This document shows positions 16,037 through 26,145 of a DNA stretch of 33,709 bases, piece by piece; position 1 is the stretch's first letter, and the number at the start of each line of letters is the position of its first letter. Under the pieces are notes generated by a model. The model was given only the letters and a program-made list of their open reading frames with translations, searched no databases and was not told the DNA's origin. The stretch covers positions 1 through 33,709 of the forward strand of contig JAKAJX010000129.1 in NCBI GenBank assembly GCA_021824855.1, in the 5' to 3' direction. Source of the DNA: Bacteroidota bacterium. Its GTDB lineage: Bacteria; Bacteroidota; Bacteroidia; Chitinophagales; Chitinophagaceae. The translations under genes and the position numbers were made by a program.

Positions 16037-17320
16037 ATGTACCCCAATTTATATTATTTAGTAAAAGATTTTTTTGGTGTTGAATGGAATTGGTTAAGAA
16101 TTTTCAACACATTTGGATTTTTTGTAGCTATTGCATTTATTGTAGCCGCATGGGTTTTAACACTTGAATTAAAAAGAAAACAAACACTTGGTTTATTTTC
16201 TTATACCGAACAATCTATTTTAATAGGTGCTCCGGCATCAATTACCGAATTGTTAATCAACTTTTTTTTAGGATTTTTATTAGGATTTAAAATACTTGGT
16301 GCAGCCACTACTCCTGATGCTTTAGCTGATCCGCAAAGTTTCATCTTATCATCTCGTGGTAATATAGGATTTGGAATGCTAATAGGAATAGCTTTTTTAG
16401 CATTAAAATGGTGGGAAAAAAACAAAGAAAAACTTACCAAACCTGAAAATAGAATAATTCGAATATGGCCTCATGATAGAGTGGGCGATATGGTTATTTA
16501 TGCCGCATTATTCGGATTTGCAGGTGCCAAAGTGTTTGATAATTTGGAACATTGGGATAGTTTTATAAAAGATCCTATTGGAAGTTTAATCTCATTTAGT
16601 GGATTAACTTTTTATGGAGGTTTAATATGTGCTTCATTGGCATTATTTTACTATTCAAAAAAACATAAAATTCCTTTTATTCATTTATGCGATGCTGCTG
16701 CTCCGGCTTTGATGATAGCCTATGCAGTTGGAAGAATTGGTTGCCAAATGGCCGGAGACGGCGATTGGGGCATATTAAATAGTGCAATAATTAGCAATAC
16801 GCAAGGACATTTAATATTGGCAAAACCGGAAGATTTTCATTCTCTTCTTGAAGTAAATAAAGCTTTTTATGCTGAACAATTTGCAACTTTTACAAGCGTA
16901 CAATCAGCACATATTACACCTTTTTGGGGATTGCCTAAATGGTTATTTGGATACAATTATCCACATAACGTAATTAATGAAGGTGTTGCAATTATTGGCT
17001 GTTCCGATAATTATTGTCATGTTTTACCAATTGCTGTTTTTCCTACACCATTTTATGAAACTATAATGGCCGGAATTTTATTTGCTACATTATGGATGAT
17101 TAGAAATAAGATTAAAATAGCCGGTAGATTATTTGCCGTTTATTTAATTGTAAATGGTATTGAAAGGTTTTTAATTGAGAAAATTCGGGTTAACACTAAG
17201 TATTCAATTTTTGGAATGCATCCTACACAGGCAGAGTTAATTTCTTTTAGTTTAATAATACTTGGTACATTATTATTTTGGTATGCTCCCAAGTTTAAAG
17301 TGAATAAAGTTAAAGCTTAA
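16037..17320 (+). CDS. lgt: prolipoprotein diacylglyceryl transferase, long Bacteroidota form
   Basis: Polytopic membrane protein with Lgt-like blocks: FSGLTFYGGLI, LCDAAAPALMIAYAVGRIGCQMAGDGDWG and NGIERFLIEKIR. A large extra-membrane insert lies between the GRIGC block and the FPTPFYE block. Confidence 0.72.
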   Translation: MYPNLYYLVKDFFGVEWNWLRIFNTFGFFVAIAFIVAAWVLTLELKRKQTLGLFSYTEQSILIGAPASITELLINFFLGFLLGFKILGAATTPDALADPQSFILSSRGNIGFGMLIGIAFLALKWWEKNKEKLTKPENRIIRIWPHDRVGDMVIYAALFGFAGAKVFDNLEHWDSFIKDPIGSLISFSGLTFYGGLICASLALFYYSKKHKIPFIHLCDAAAPALMIAYAVGRIGCQMAGDGDWGILNSAIISNTQGHLILAKPEDFHSLLEVNKAFYAEQFATFTSVQSAHITPFWGLPKWLFGYNYPHNVINEGVAIIGCSDNYCHVLPIAVFPTPFYETIMAGILFATLWMIRNKIKIAGRLFAVYLIVNGIERFLIEKIRVNTKYSIFGMHPTQAELISFSLIILGTLLFWYAPKFKVNKVKA

Positions 17321-17426
17321 ATAAAAGTTCAGTAGCTCAATTTGACGATATAAATTAATTACTACTTTAAATTCCTATAATTAATATTATGTTAAGTAAT
17401 AAAATGAATCAATTACTACGCATGAA

Positions 17427-17453
17427 AGAAGCTACTCTTGTGGAGTAGCTTCT
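17427..17453 (-). terminator. hairpin between convergent lgt and the gyrA-operon 3' ends (likely terminator, weak U-tract)
   Basis: 11-bp stem agaagctactc/gagtagcttct with loop ttgtg, 24 nt beyond the stop of the 17478..18878 gene. Only a short T-run follows on the minus strand. Confidence 0.45.
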
Positions 17454-17477
17454 AGTCTATTTCTAATACGGGTTAAC

Positions 17478-18878
17478 TTAATCGTTTGAATGTAAGCTAT
17501 CGTATAATTTATATTTTTCGTCGTAAGCATCAAAAGCTTTAGAATCTTTACCTCTAACTCTATCTCTTTTATAAGCATATAAGTTGGCTAAAAAATCAAC
17601 AGATTTATTGTAAATATTTTTTTCAGTAGCTATTAAACTTCCGGCAGCTTTCTTTTCTTTTAAAAGTGAAAAAGCTTTTTCAATCCATTCAATAGAGCCA
17701 TCAATAGATTCGGTTAGTGGTTTATCTAATTCTTCATTTGCTTTTTTATATGGTTCAATAAGCAATTTATATTTTGCTTCTGTTGCAGCTCTTTTTTTCG
17801 GATCTTTTTCAACTGGCTTAGTAGCATTAATATTTTGAATGGCTTTAATATTTGCATGAAATTTATCATCAATAGTATTAAATTCATTGTAATAAATAAT
17901 ACCTACGTTAAATGCAGCAATTGCATTTTGATTGTTTTTTGCAAACGCATTTTTAAAACAATCTTTTGCTTTTACTTGCAGTTCGGCATGCTTTGCACTG
18001 TCTAATGTAGCTTTTTCTTCTTTTGTAGGATTTACAAACATATCTCCAAATAATAGGTATTTGGTTTCGTTAAGTTTTCCTGCTGCATGTTCTTTATCGT
18101 ACAAAGCCACTTTTTCAAGGATGCTGTAATTCTTATTAATATAATCTAACTCATAATCTTCCCAATTTTCTTTTGGAAATGCAGTTTGACAAATAGGATA
18201 ATATTTATAAAAAGAGGCAGAATCTTTATGATCACTAAAATCTATTAATACAAATCTATAAGAGTCAAGTAATGGCTCGCCACTAAACGTGATTACTTTA
18301 TTATCAATTAAACGACAATAATACTTTGTAGCGATATCAACTTTTTTTGCATTTTGTGCTGAATAGCCGGAATATAAAACAGAAGTTGTATCAAAAGGCT
18401 GGGTTGAACTACTCCATTTTCTAGAAAATATTACATCGCTATATTTAGTAGCATTTTCGAAATGAACTAAAGCAGAATCCCATTTTTTACCATTAAAAGC
18501 GCTAATTCCTTGGTTAAATGAGGTAGAATATAAATCGAATGCTACTGTTCTCAATTCACTGGTATCTTGTTTAAGTTGAGAATAGATATCCATACATTTA
18601 TCAAAAGATTCGCTTGCAATTTTATCAGTTTGAGAATACTTTACACGGGTTGCGTCATTTTTATATAAAGTTGCATACACTTTTGCTTTCCATAAATAAG
18701 TCAAAGGTTTGTCTTGTAATTTTGGATCACTCGATAATTTATCAATTTCAGTTTTTGCATCTTCAAATTTTTGAATTAAAAATGCAGTTTGAACTTTTTT
18801 GTACTCTTTAGGATCCTGTGCTTTGATAGAATTGAAATAACAGCATACTACCATTGCAAGCAATAAAAACTTTTTCAT
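17478..18878 (-). CDS. hypothetical secreted helical-repeat (TPR-like) protein
   Basis: Signal peptide MKKFLLLAMVVCCYFNSIKAQ. The sequence is Lys/Glu/Tyr/Ala-rich and looks helical-repeat. It starts 10 nt after gyrA and is probably co-transcribed. No catalytic motif recognised. Confidence 0.55.
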   Translation of the reverse strand: MKKFLLLAMVVCCYFNSIKAQDPKEYKKVQTAFLIQKFEDAKTEIDKLSSDPKLQDKPLTYLWKAKVYATLYKNDATRVKYSQTDKIASESFDKCMDIYSQLKQDTSELRTVAFDLYSTSFNQGISAFNGKKWDSALVHFENATKYSDVIFSRKWSSSTQPFDTTSVLYSGYSAQNAKKVDIATKYYCRLIDNKVITFSGEPLLDSYRFVLIDFSDHKDSASFYKYYPICQTAFPKENWEDYELDYINKNYSILEKVALYDKEHAAGKLNETKYLLFGDMFVNPTKEEKATLDSAKHAELQVKAKDCFKNAFAKNNQNAIAAFNVGIIYYNEFNTIDDKFHANIKAIQNINATKPVEKDPKKRAATEAKYKLLIEPYKKANEELDKPLTESIDGSIEWIEKAFSLLKEKKAAGSLIATEKNIYNKSVDFLANLYAYKRDRVRGKDSKAFDAYDEKYKLYDSLHSND

Positions 18879-18888
18879 AAATGGTTTT

Positions 18889-21510
18889 TTAATTATTGTT
18901 ATCAGTTGAGGTTATGTTATTTTCGGTACTACTTTCATTATTACTGCTACTATCGTTTTCGTTTATAGCAGTATTAGTAGCTATTTCAGGTTCATCTTGT
19001 AAAACTTCTTTTTCTTCAATTTTCGAAATTGCAGCAATAGCATCATCGGCATCTAAACGTATTAAAATTACACCCTGTGTAGCTCTTCCTGCTGTTTTAA
19101 TAGTATTTACCGGTGTACGCAAAGTTATACCCGATTTACAAGTAATTATCAAATCCTCTGTTTCACTTACATCTAATATGCCTACTAATTTTCCTGTTTT
19201 TTCGGTAACATTAATGGTTTTTACACCTTTTCCACCTCTATTAGTTATTCTATATACATCTTCTCCATCAGCATCAAGCAAAGATGTTTTTTTGCCAAAA
19301 CCATTTTCACTTACTACTAAAACAGTTCTTGAAGTATCTTCATTTTTAATACAAATCATTCCTACTACTTCATCGGTTGTATCATCTACTTCAATTCCTG
19401 TTACACCAATTGCACCTCTACCTGTTGGGCGTACTTTTTCTTCTATAAACCTAATTGCCCTACCACTTTTTACAGCCATCATAATTTCGCTGCTACCATC
19501 AGTCATTTTAGCTTCTAATAACTGATCTCCTTCTATAATAGTAATAGCATTAACACCGTTGGCACGAGGGCGAGAAAAATCTTCTAATAAAGTTTTTTTA
19601 ATAATCCCTTTTTTGGTACATAAAACTATGTAATGAGAAGCGACAAATTCTTTATCTTCTAAATTTTTAATATCAATAATGGTTCTTACTTTATCATCGG
19701 AAGGAATTTGAATGAGATTTTGAATGGCTCTACCTTTTCCTTGCTTCTCTCCTTCTGGGATTTCGTATACTTTTAGCCAAAAGCATCTTCCTTTTTCTGT
19801 AAAAAACAATAGTGTATGATGGGTTGATGCTACAAAAAGTTGTTCTACATAATCTTCTTCTCTTGTTTTACTACCAATCGCCCCTCTTCCACCTCGACGT
19901 TGTTGCCTATATTCCGATGCCGAAGTTCTTTTAATATATCCTAAATGTGAGATAGTAATTACAACATCTTCTTTTTCAATTAAATCTTCTATTCGCATTT
20001 CATCGGCTAAGTATTGAATTTCCGATTTTCTTTCATTACCGAATTTATTTTTTACTTCAAGTAGTTCGGTTTTAATTAATTCAAATCGTAAGGGTTCATT
20101 TGCTAATAATTCTTGTAACCCTTCAATTGTATTCATCAGCTCATCATATTCTTCTTTAATTTTATCACGCTCCATGCCTGTTAATCTTTGCAATCTTAAT
20201 TCTAAAATTGCTTTAGCCTGAATCTCGTCTAATCCCCATCCTGCATTAATAAGATTAGATTTGGCTATTTCCGGATTATCAGAATTGCGAATTAAACGAA
20301 TTACTTCATCTAAATGATCGAGGGCAATTAAATATCCATTTAAAACATGGGCTCTTTCTTGTGCTTTTCTAAGATCATATTTAGCTCTACGAATTACTAC
20401 TTCCATTCTAAATTCTACAAATTCGGAGATAAGATCTTTTAAATTTAGAATTTTTGGTCGGCCTTTACTTAAGGCTACATTATTTATTCCGTAGCTGGTT
20501 TGTAATTCGGTAAATTTATATAATTGATTAATTACAACTTGAGCTACTGCATCACGCTTTAAATCAACTACAATTCTTGTTCCTTCGCGTTTATTACTTT
20601 CGTTATTAACGTGTGCAATTCCTTCTACCACTTTCTCATTAACTAATTGTCCAATTCTATCTGCTAAAGAATCTCTGTTTACTTGATAAGGAACTTCTGT
20701 AATTACAATTTGTTCTCTTCCGCTTTGCTTAGTATCAATATGGCATTTTCCTCGAACTACTACCCTGCCTCTGCCGGTTAGCATTGCTTGCTTTACACCT
20801 TCCATTCCGTAAATAATACCACCTGTTGGAAAGTCGGGTGCTTTTACATGCTTCATTAATTCATCAATAGTAATCTCTTTATTTTCAATGTAAGCTATGC
20901 AACCATCCACTACTTCTTGTAAATTATGCGGCATCATATTAGTAGCCATCCCAACAGCAATACCTGATGAGCCATTGACTAATAATTGCGGAATTCTTGT
21001 AGGAAGAACTGTAGGTTCTTGTAAACTATCATCGAAATTTAGTTGAAAATCTACCGTTTCTTTTTCAATATCCTCGAGCATTGCTTCGGCAAAACGATGT
21101 AATCGCACTTCGGTATATCGCATAGCTGCGGGAGGATCACCATCTTGATTTCCAAAATTACCTTGTCCATCTACTAAAGTATTACGCATTGTCCAATCCT
21201 GAGCCATACGAACCAATGTATCGTAAATGGCACTATCACCATGTGGATGATATTTACCCATTACCTCTCCTACAATACGTGCCGATTTTTTATAGGGCTT
21301 AGAATAGGTATTACCCAGCTCATTCATGGCATATAACACTCTACGATGCACTGGCTTAAACCCATCGCGGGCATCGGGCAATGCACGACCTACAATAACC
21401 GACATTGAATAATCAATGTAGGCAGTTTTCATTTGTTCCTCAATATTAACGGGAATAATTCTATCGTTATCGGTTGTTTGTTCAGGCACTAAATTGTTGT
21501 TCTCTTCCAT
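18889..21510 (-). CDS. gyrA: DNA gyrase subunit A
   Basis: Diagnostic blocks: [14 protein letters not shown], the QRDR region [20 protein letters not shown], and the active-site region AAMRYTE. C-terminal beta-pinwheel repeats are followed by an Asn/Ser/Glu-rich tail. Confidence 0.97.
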   Translation of the reverse strand: MEENNNLVPEQTTDNDRIIPVNIEEQMKTAYIDYSMSVIVGRALPDARDGFKPVHRRVLYAMNELGNTYSKPYKKSARIVGEVMGKYHPHGDSAIYDTLVRMAQDWTMRNTLVDGQGNFGNQDGDPPAAMRYTEVRLHRFAEAMLEDIEKETVDFQLNFDDSLQEPTVLPTRIPQLLVNGSSGIAVGMATNMMPHNLQEVVDGCIAYIENKEITIDELMKHVKAPDFPTGGIIYGMEGVKQAMLTGRGRVVVRGKCHIDTKQSGREQIVITEVPYQVNRDSLADRIGQLVNEKVVEGIAHVNNESNKREGTRIVVDLKRDAVAQVVINQLYKFTELQTSYGINNVALSKGRPKILNLKDLISEFVEFRMEVVIRRAKYDLRKAQERAHVLNGYLIALDHLDEVIRLIRNSDNPEIAKSNLINAGWGLDEIQAKAILELRLQRLTGMERDKIKEEYDELMNTIEGLQELLANEPLRFELIKTELLEVKNKFGNERKSEIQYLADEMRIEDLIEKEDVVITISHLGYIKRTSASEYRQQRRGGRGAIGSKTREEDYVEQLFVASTHHTLLFFTEKGRCFWLKVYEIPEGEKQGKGRAIQNLIQIPSDDKVRTIIDIKNLEDKEFVASHYIVLCTKKGIIKKTLLEDFSRPRANGVNAITIIEGDQLLEAKMTDGSSEIMMAVKSGRAIRFIEEKVRPTGRGAIGVTGIEVDDTTDEVVGMICIKNEDTSRTVLVVSENGFGKKTSLLDADGEDVYRITNRGGKGVKTINVTEKTGKLVGILDVSETEDLIITCKSGITLRTPVNTIKTAGRATQGVILIRLDADDAIAAISKIEEKEVLQDEPEIATNTAINENDSSSNNESSTENNITSTDNNN

Positions 21511-21713
21511 TACTGATTTTACCTTTTTCTTTTGATTTTTTTATGGGTTGCGAAGATAAATTTTACCAAGCGAATAACCTTAGAAAAATGCTTATTTTTA
21601 AAGGGGTTTATCCACATTTTAACAGAAATTGTGCGGTTATTTATTTTGGTTATTTACTGCATCTATTTTAAATATTCTCTTAATCAATTTGAAATGCAAA
21701 CTATATTCGGAAT

Positions 21714-21721
21714 TATATTTG
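21714..21721 (+). promoter_or_regulatory. -7 promoter box (TATATTTG) for the saccharopine dehydrogenase-like gene
   Basis: TAnnTTTG match with only 4 nt before the ATG at 21726, implying a leaderless mRNA. Confidence 0.45.
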
Positions 21722-21725
21722 AAAA

Positions 21726-23225
21726 ATGAAACAAATTCTTTTAATAGGAGCAGGTAAATCTGCCACTGTGCTGATTAATTATTTAAAGCAAGTAATTACA
21801 GAAAAACAATGGCAACTTACTGTTGCCGATAACGATATTAATGTAGCATCTGCCAAAGTGGGTAACCATCCTTTGGCAAAAGCCATTCAGCTTACTATTC
21901 AAAATGAACCGGAAAGGGATGAGTTGATACAACAAGCCGATATTGTTATCTCTATGATGCCTCCTGCATTACATTATTTGGTTGCAATAGATTGTATAAA
22001 ATTTAATAAGCATTTGTTAACTGCTTCGTACATAGATGAAAATCTGAAAAAAGAAGAACAGCAATTGAAAGAAAAAGGATTATTATTCCTATGCGAAATG
22101 GGATTAGATCCTGGCATTGATCACATGAGTGCCATGCAAATAATAAATGCTATTAAAGCAAAAGGCGGAAAAATAACTTCTTTTAAATCGCATTGCGGCG
22201 GATTAATTGCTCCGGAAAGCGATAATAATCCATGGCATTATAAAATAAGTTGGAATCCCAGAAATGTTATTATGGCTGGTAAAGCCGGTGCTACTTTTAA
22301 AGAAAATAATATTATAAAAACAGTTCCCTACACACAACTTTTTAATTCAAAAAATAGCATTAACCTATCCGCTTCCGAATCTTATGCCTTTTATCCGAAT
22401 AGAGATTCGTTACAGTATATGCAATTATATGGATTAGAAAATATTGAAACCTTTATCCGAACTACGCTTAGGCATCCCGAATTTAGCTTTGGCTGGAAAA
22501 ATATTGTTGATCTTCAATTAACCGATGAAGAAAAAATATATGAAACAAACGGAATGAGTATAGCTCATTTTTTTCAGCAACATTTTCAAAAGCATGGATT
22601 TAGCGATTGGTTAAACGAAATGCTTATGAATCGGTTGAGTATAGCCAAAAATATGGCTGAAAAATTAATTGAATTAATGAATTTATCAGAAAAGGCGAAT
22701 AAAGCATCTGAATTGGTTGATAAAGAAATGTTGGTAGTTGATGAAAAAGGCAACTTAAATAGTGTAAATATTGAAGAGGTTAAAGACAGAGCTGCCGAAA
22801 CAATGGCTTCGGAAATGAACGAAGCAAATATAATTATGAGTCAATTAATGTTTTTAGGAATAGATGACGATAAAACAGTAATTAACCAAGGTCTTTGTAG
22901 CGCAGCAGATATTTTACAATTTATTGTTGAAAAAAAATGGGCGTTACAACCAACAGATAAAGATATGATTGTAATGCTTCATGAAATTGAGTATGAATTA
23001 CACAATGAAAAGAAAAAAATAAATAGTTTGCTGAAAGTAAAAGGTGAAGATGCTTTACAAACTGCAATGGCTAAAACGGTAGGGTTGCCATTAGGTATTG
23101 CAGCTAAATTAATTTTAGAAGGACAAATTACTGAAACCGGATTGCATATTCCAATTATTGCCGGCATTTACCAACCCGTATTACTTGAATTAAAAAAACT
23201 AGGAATTGAATTTGTTGAATATTAA
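21726..23225 (+). CDS. saccharopine dehydrogenase family protein (LYS9/saccharopine reductase-like)
   Basis: N-terminal Rossmann motif ILLIGAGKSATVLINYL and the family block CEMGLDPGIDHMSAM. 499 aa. Confidence 0.8.
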   Translation: MKQILLIGAGKSATVLINYLKQVITEKQWQLTVADNDINVASAKVGNHPLAKAIQLTIQNEPERDELIQQADIVISMMPPALHYLVAIDCIKFNKHLLTASYIDENLKKEEQQLKEKGLLFLCEMGLDPGIDHMSAMQIINAIKAKGGKITSFKSHCGGLIAPESDNNPWHYKISWNPRNVIMAGKAGATFKENNIIKTVPYTQLFNSKNSINLSASESYAFYPNRDSLQYMQLYGLENIETFIRTTLRHPEFSFGWKNIVDLQLTDEEKIYETNGMSIAHFFQQHFQKHGFSDWLNEMLMNRLSIAKNMAEKLIELMNLSEKANKASELVDKEMLVVDEKGNLNSVNIEEVKDRAAETMASEMNEANIIMSQLMFLGIDDDKTVINQGLCSAADILQFIVEKKWALQPTDKDMIVMLHEIEYELHNEKKKINSLLKVKGEDALQTAMAKTVGLPLGIAAKLILEGQITETGLHIPIIAGIYQPVLLELKKLGIEFVEY

Positions 23226-23257
23226 TTGCCCATTGTAATTACGCAATTAGTTTATTA

Positions 23258-23300
23258 TTTATGAGAGAGATGCTTGTATTCATCTCTCTCATAAATTTTT
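23258..23300 (+). terminator. intrinsic terminator between convergent genes
   Basis: 15-bp stem tttatgagagagatg/catctctctcataaa with an 8-nt loop, followed by T5. Confidence 0.85.
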
Positions 23301-23306
23301 AATACC

Positions 23307-24083
23307 TCATAATTCTCTTACCCAAATATTTCTAAAACTCAATGGCTCACTCTTATCTCCATGTGCTTGTAATTTAATAGGAGAAGCACCATGTTTATGA
23401 TACGATGGCAAGCCAATCCATTTAGTTTCTCCTTTTAATTCAACATTGTTTTGCACTAAAACTCCGTTATGAAAGGCGGTAACTTTTGCTGCAGATTTTA
23501 AAGTACCATCTTCATTAAATTGTGGTGCAGTCCATATTACATCAAAACTTTGCCACTCACCGGGTTTTCTACAAGCATTTGCTAAAGGGATAAACTGTTT
23601 ATATACACTTCCAACCTGACCATTTACATAAGTTGCATTATGGTAGTTATCCAATATCTGCAATTCATATCCGGCATCGCCACCACCGGTTGATGCCAAA
23701 AACAATCCACTATTGCCTCTTGCTTGTCCTTCGCCGGTAATATTTTCCGGTATGCGATATTCTAAATGCAATTGATAATTGTTGAATGATTTTTTGGTTT
23801 GAATATTGCCCGATTTCTTATTAACTGTAACAATTCCATCTGCAACAAACCAATTGGCAGGTTTTCTAATATCATTCGTTAAAACCCATTCATTTAAATT
23901 TTTGCCATCAAACAATACAATAGCATCGGATGGTGGAGTTGAAAAATTTTCTCCCGGAGTTACAACTTTTGGAACAGGTGAATACACTTCTGTTTTAGCA
24001 GCAGAATCTACAGCACTCATTTTTTGAGCAGAACATACCATTGCAAAAGGAAAACAAAAACAGCTTAAGATAATTTTTTTCAT
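23307..24083 (-). CDS. secreted DUF1080 (3-keto-disaccharide hydrolase, PF06439-like) domain protein
   Basis: Signal peptide, then LFDGKNLNEW, GNSGLFL, YELQILD, GEWQSFDVIW and IKLQAHGDKSEPLSFRNIWVREL. This is the characteristic DUF1080 pattern. Confidence 0.8.
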   Translation of the reverse strand: MKKIILSCFCFPFAMVCSAQKMSAVDSAAKTEVYSPVPKVVTPGENFSTPPSDAIVLFDGKNLNEWVLTNDIRKPANWFVADGIVTVNKKSGNIQTKKSFNNYQLHLEYRIPENITGEGQARGNSGLFLASTGGGDAGYELQILDNYHNATYVNGQVGSVYKQFIPLANACRKPGEWQSFDVIWTAPQFNEDGTLKSAAKVTAFHNGVLVQNNVELKGETKWIGLPSYHKHGASPIKLQAHGDKSEPLSFRNIWVREL

Positions 24084-24092
24084 ATATACAAT

Positions 24093-25433
24093 TTAAAATT
24101 TAGGTAATTGATAACCATTATAATATTTTTTTGTGAAATATTGCTGATTAATAGTTGTATCAGTGAACTCATTTATTGCTTTATCCCAACTAATTCGCTG
24201 ACTACTTCTATAACTAATATTTCCCATTTGTGCAACCGTTGCAACTAATGAAGCGTCTTTTATAGAGCAATGTAGTTTATCTTTTTTATTGGAACGAATT
24301 ACATCTACAAAGTTTTTCATGTGCATATAAACTCCATCATCCATTACCTTTTCTAACGGTTTGGCAACTTTTTGAATACTCTGTTTCTCTTCAATTACTT
24401 CCCAACCTGCACGATTTAAAATTAAAGTAGCATTATTACCAATAAAAGCTATACCATGGTCTCTTCCATAAAAACCATTATCAATGCCCATTGCATGATC
24501 CCACATCAAATTAAAGTGATCAAATTCGTATAATGCAGTTAATGTATCGGGTGTTTCTTCTGCTAAATTTGGATAAGCAAATTTTCCTCCTAATGCTGCA
24601 ATGGTTGTAGGATAGTTTGCTTTCATACCCAACAAAGCATAATCTAACAAATGTACTCCCCAATCTGTCATTAATCCACCTGCATAATCCCAAAACCAAC
24701 GAAAATCGAAATGAAATCGACTTGAATTAAAATTACGCATAGGTGCAGGACCTAACCATTTTTCATAATCTACTCCTTTAGGTACAGGCGAATCTGGTAC
24801 AATTGGTTTTGGTTTCATCCAACCCTGATAGCACCATACTTTTACAGTTCGTATATTTCCAAGCTCACCTGTATCTAAAAAGTTGATAGCATTTTTAAAA
24901 TGCTGCTGACTTCTTTGCCATTGCCCAACTTGTACAATTGACTGATATTTCTCCTGTGCAGCAATCATTGCATTGCATTCTCCAATACTATTGCCACAAG
25001 GTTTTTCAACATAAACATGTTTACCGGCACTGCAAGCATCAATCATTTGCAATGCATGCCAATGATCCGGAGTGCCTATAATTACAATATCAATATCATG
25101 GTTGGCTAATAATTGTCTATAATCGCTGTATATTTTTATTTTGGAAGTATTAAATTTTTTATCAGAAAGCTCTTTTAATCTTCTTGCAATTACATTTTCA
25201 TCTATATCGCAAATAGCAGCAAGATTGATACCTTGTTGTTGTAATATAGCATTTGTATCAGTCCACCCCATTCCATTTACACCAATTACACCAACATTTA
25301 ATTGATCTGAAGGAGCTACTTTTTTAAGAAAAGAAGCAAATGATGCATAAGGCAATGAAGATGCTAATAAAGTTCCGGCTAATGAAACCGATGATTGTTG
25401 TATAAATTTTCTACGAGAACTCATAAATGGCAA
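24093..25433 (-). CDS. Gfo/Idh/MocA family oxidoreductase with twin-arginine (TAT) signal
   Basis: SRRKFIQQSSVSLAGTLLAS is a TAT motif. NAD-binding N-terminal region LNVGVIGVNGMGW...DIVIIGTPDHWH and the EKP motif (VYVEKPC). Only 9 nt separate it from the downstream DUF1080 gene. Confidence 0.85.
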   Translation of the reverse strand: MPFMSSRRKFIQQSSVSLAGTLLASSLPYASFASFLKKVAPSDQLNVGVIGVNGMGWTDTNAILQQQGINLAAICDIDENVIARRLKELSDKKFNTSKIKIYSDYRQLLANHDIDIVIIGTPDHWHALQMIDACSAGKHVYVEKPCGNSIGECNAMIAAQEKYQSIVQVGQWQRSQQHFKNAINFLDTGELGNIRTVKVWCYQGWMKPKPIVPDSPVPKGVDYEKWLGPAPMRNFNSSRFHFDFRWFWDYAGGLMTDWGVHLLDYALLGMKANYPTTIAALGGKFAYPNLAEETPDTLTALYEFDHFNLMWDHAMGIDNGFYGRDHGIAFIGNNATLILNRAGWEVIEEKQSIQKVAKPLEKVMDDGVYMHMKNFVDVIRSNKKDKLHCSIKDASLVATVAQMGNISYRSSQRISWDKAINEFTDTTINQQYFTKKYYNGYQLPKF

Positions 25434-25505
25434 GCTTTGTTATAAAAGTAATCAATACTTTTTCAGTATAAAATTGACAAATGGTAAAAAAAGAAAAATG
25501 GTACT

Positions 25506-26072
25506 TTACTTTTTAGGTATCTCGCTTGTAAATAAGTTATTGGCTCGTTTTTTAATTATCTTTCTCAACTCTCCATTTTTTTCATGAGCAATTAATAGTT
25601 GTAAAAGCGATACGGTAGTCATTGCATCACCCATGGCTCGATGCCTGCTTTTATTTTCAATTTGAAAGTGTTGTGCCAACGATTCTAACCCATATTTTGC
25701 CAATCCAGGAAAAATTTTTCGAGAATGCTTGAGCGTACAGAATTTAGGCGTATTAAGTATAAAACCGGATTGCTCTAATTGGAATTTTACAAAAGAATAA
25801 TCGAAGTTTACATTATGAGCAACAAAAACTTTATTGTGCAATAAATTATAAATATTGCCGGCAACACTCGAAAATAAAGGAGCATTTGCCACCATTTCAT
25901 CTGTAATACCGGTTAATGTTTGAACATATTTCTGAATAGGCTTTTGAGGGTTAATTAAAGTAACATATTTGCCTTCTATGTTTATACCATTGTGTAATAT
26001 GATAGCAATTTCGGTAATGCCATTAGAAGATGCCGCCCCTCCGGTTGTTTCTATATCTACTACTGCAAACAT
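25506..26072 (-). CDS. DnaQ-like 3'-5' exonuclease (DNA polymerase III epsilon family), stand-alone 188 aa
   Basis: Exo I FAVVDIETTG, Exo II FVAHNVNFDYSF, Exo III HRAMGDA. Confidence 0.85.
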   Translation of the reverse strand: MFAVVDIETTGGAASSNGITEIAIILHNGINIEGKYVTLINPQKPIQKYVQTLTGITDEMVANAPLFSSVAGNIYNLLHNKVFVAHNVNFDYSFVKFQLEQSGFILNTPKFCTLKHSRKIFPGLAKYGLESLAQHFQIENKSRHRAMGDAMTTVSLLQLLIAHEKNGELRKIIKKRANNLFTSEIPKK

Positions 26073-26133
26073 GGGTGTAATTTAAGGCTTAAATAATTTT
26101 ATAAAAAAATGCTAAATTGTTAAAATTGTATTA

Positions 26134-26141
26134 TAATTTTG
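26134..26141 (+). promoter_or_regulatory. -7 promoter box (TAATTTTG) driving the candidate RNA and mini-ORF
   Basis: TAnnTTTG match; the predicted start site falls about 5 to 8 nt downstream, at the 5' arm of the long-range helix starting at 26146. Confidence 0.4.
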
Positions 26142-26145
26142 TACT

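Noticed and set aside
18896-19525. 209-aa plus-strand ORF antisense to gyrA
   Set aside because: It is a shadow frame inside a highly conserved gene. The product is low-complexity (S/L/V/I/T-rich), and no promoter or start context is visible.
21608-21616. Perfect DnaA box TTATCCACA upstream of gyrA, as a possible oriC
   Set aside because: It is a single copy with no cluster of additional boxes, no adjacent AT-rich unwinding repeats and no dnaA or dnaN nearby. One perfect 9-mer in a window this size is compatible with chance.
21474-21729. Two 65-aa plus-strand ORFs in the gyrA / saccharopine-DH intergenic region
   Set aside because: They overlap each other, the gyrA start and the promoter region. 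Their composition is that of translated AT-rich spacer.
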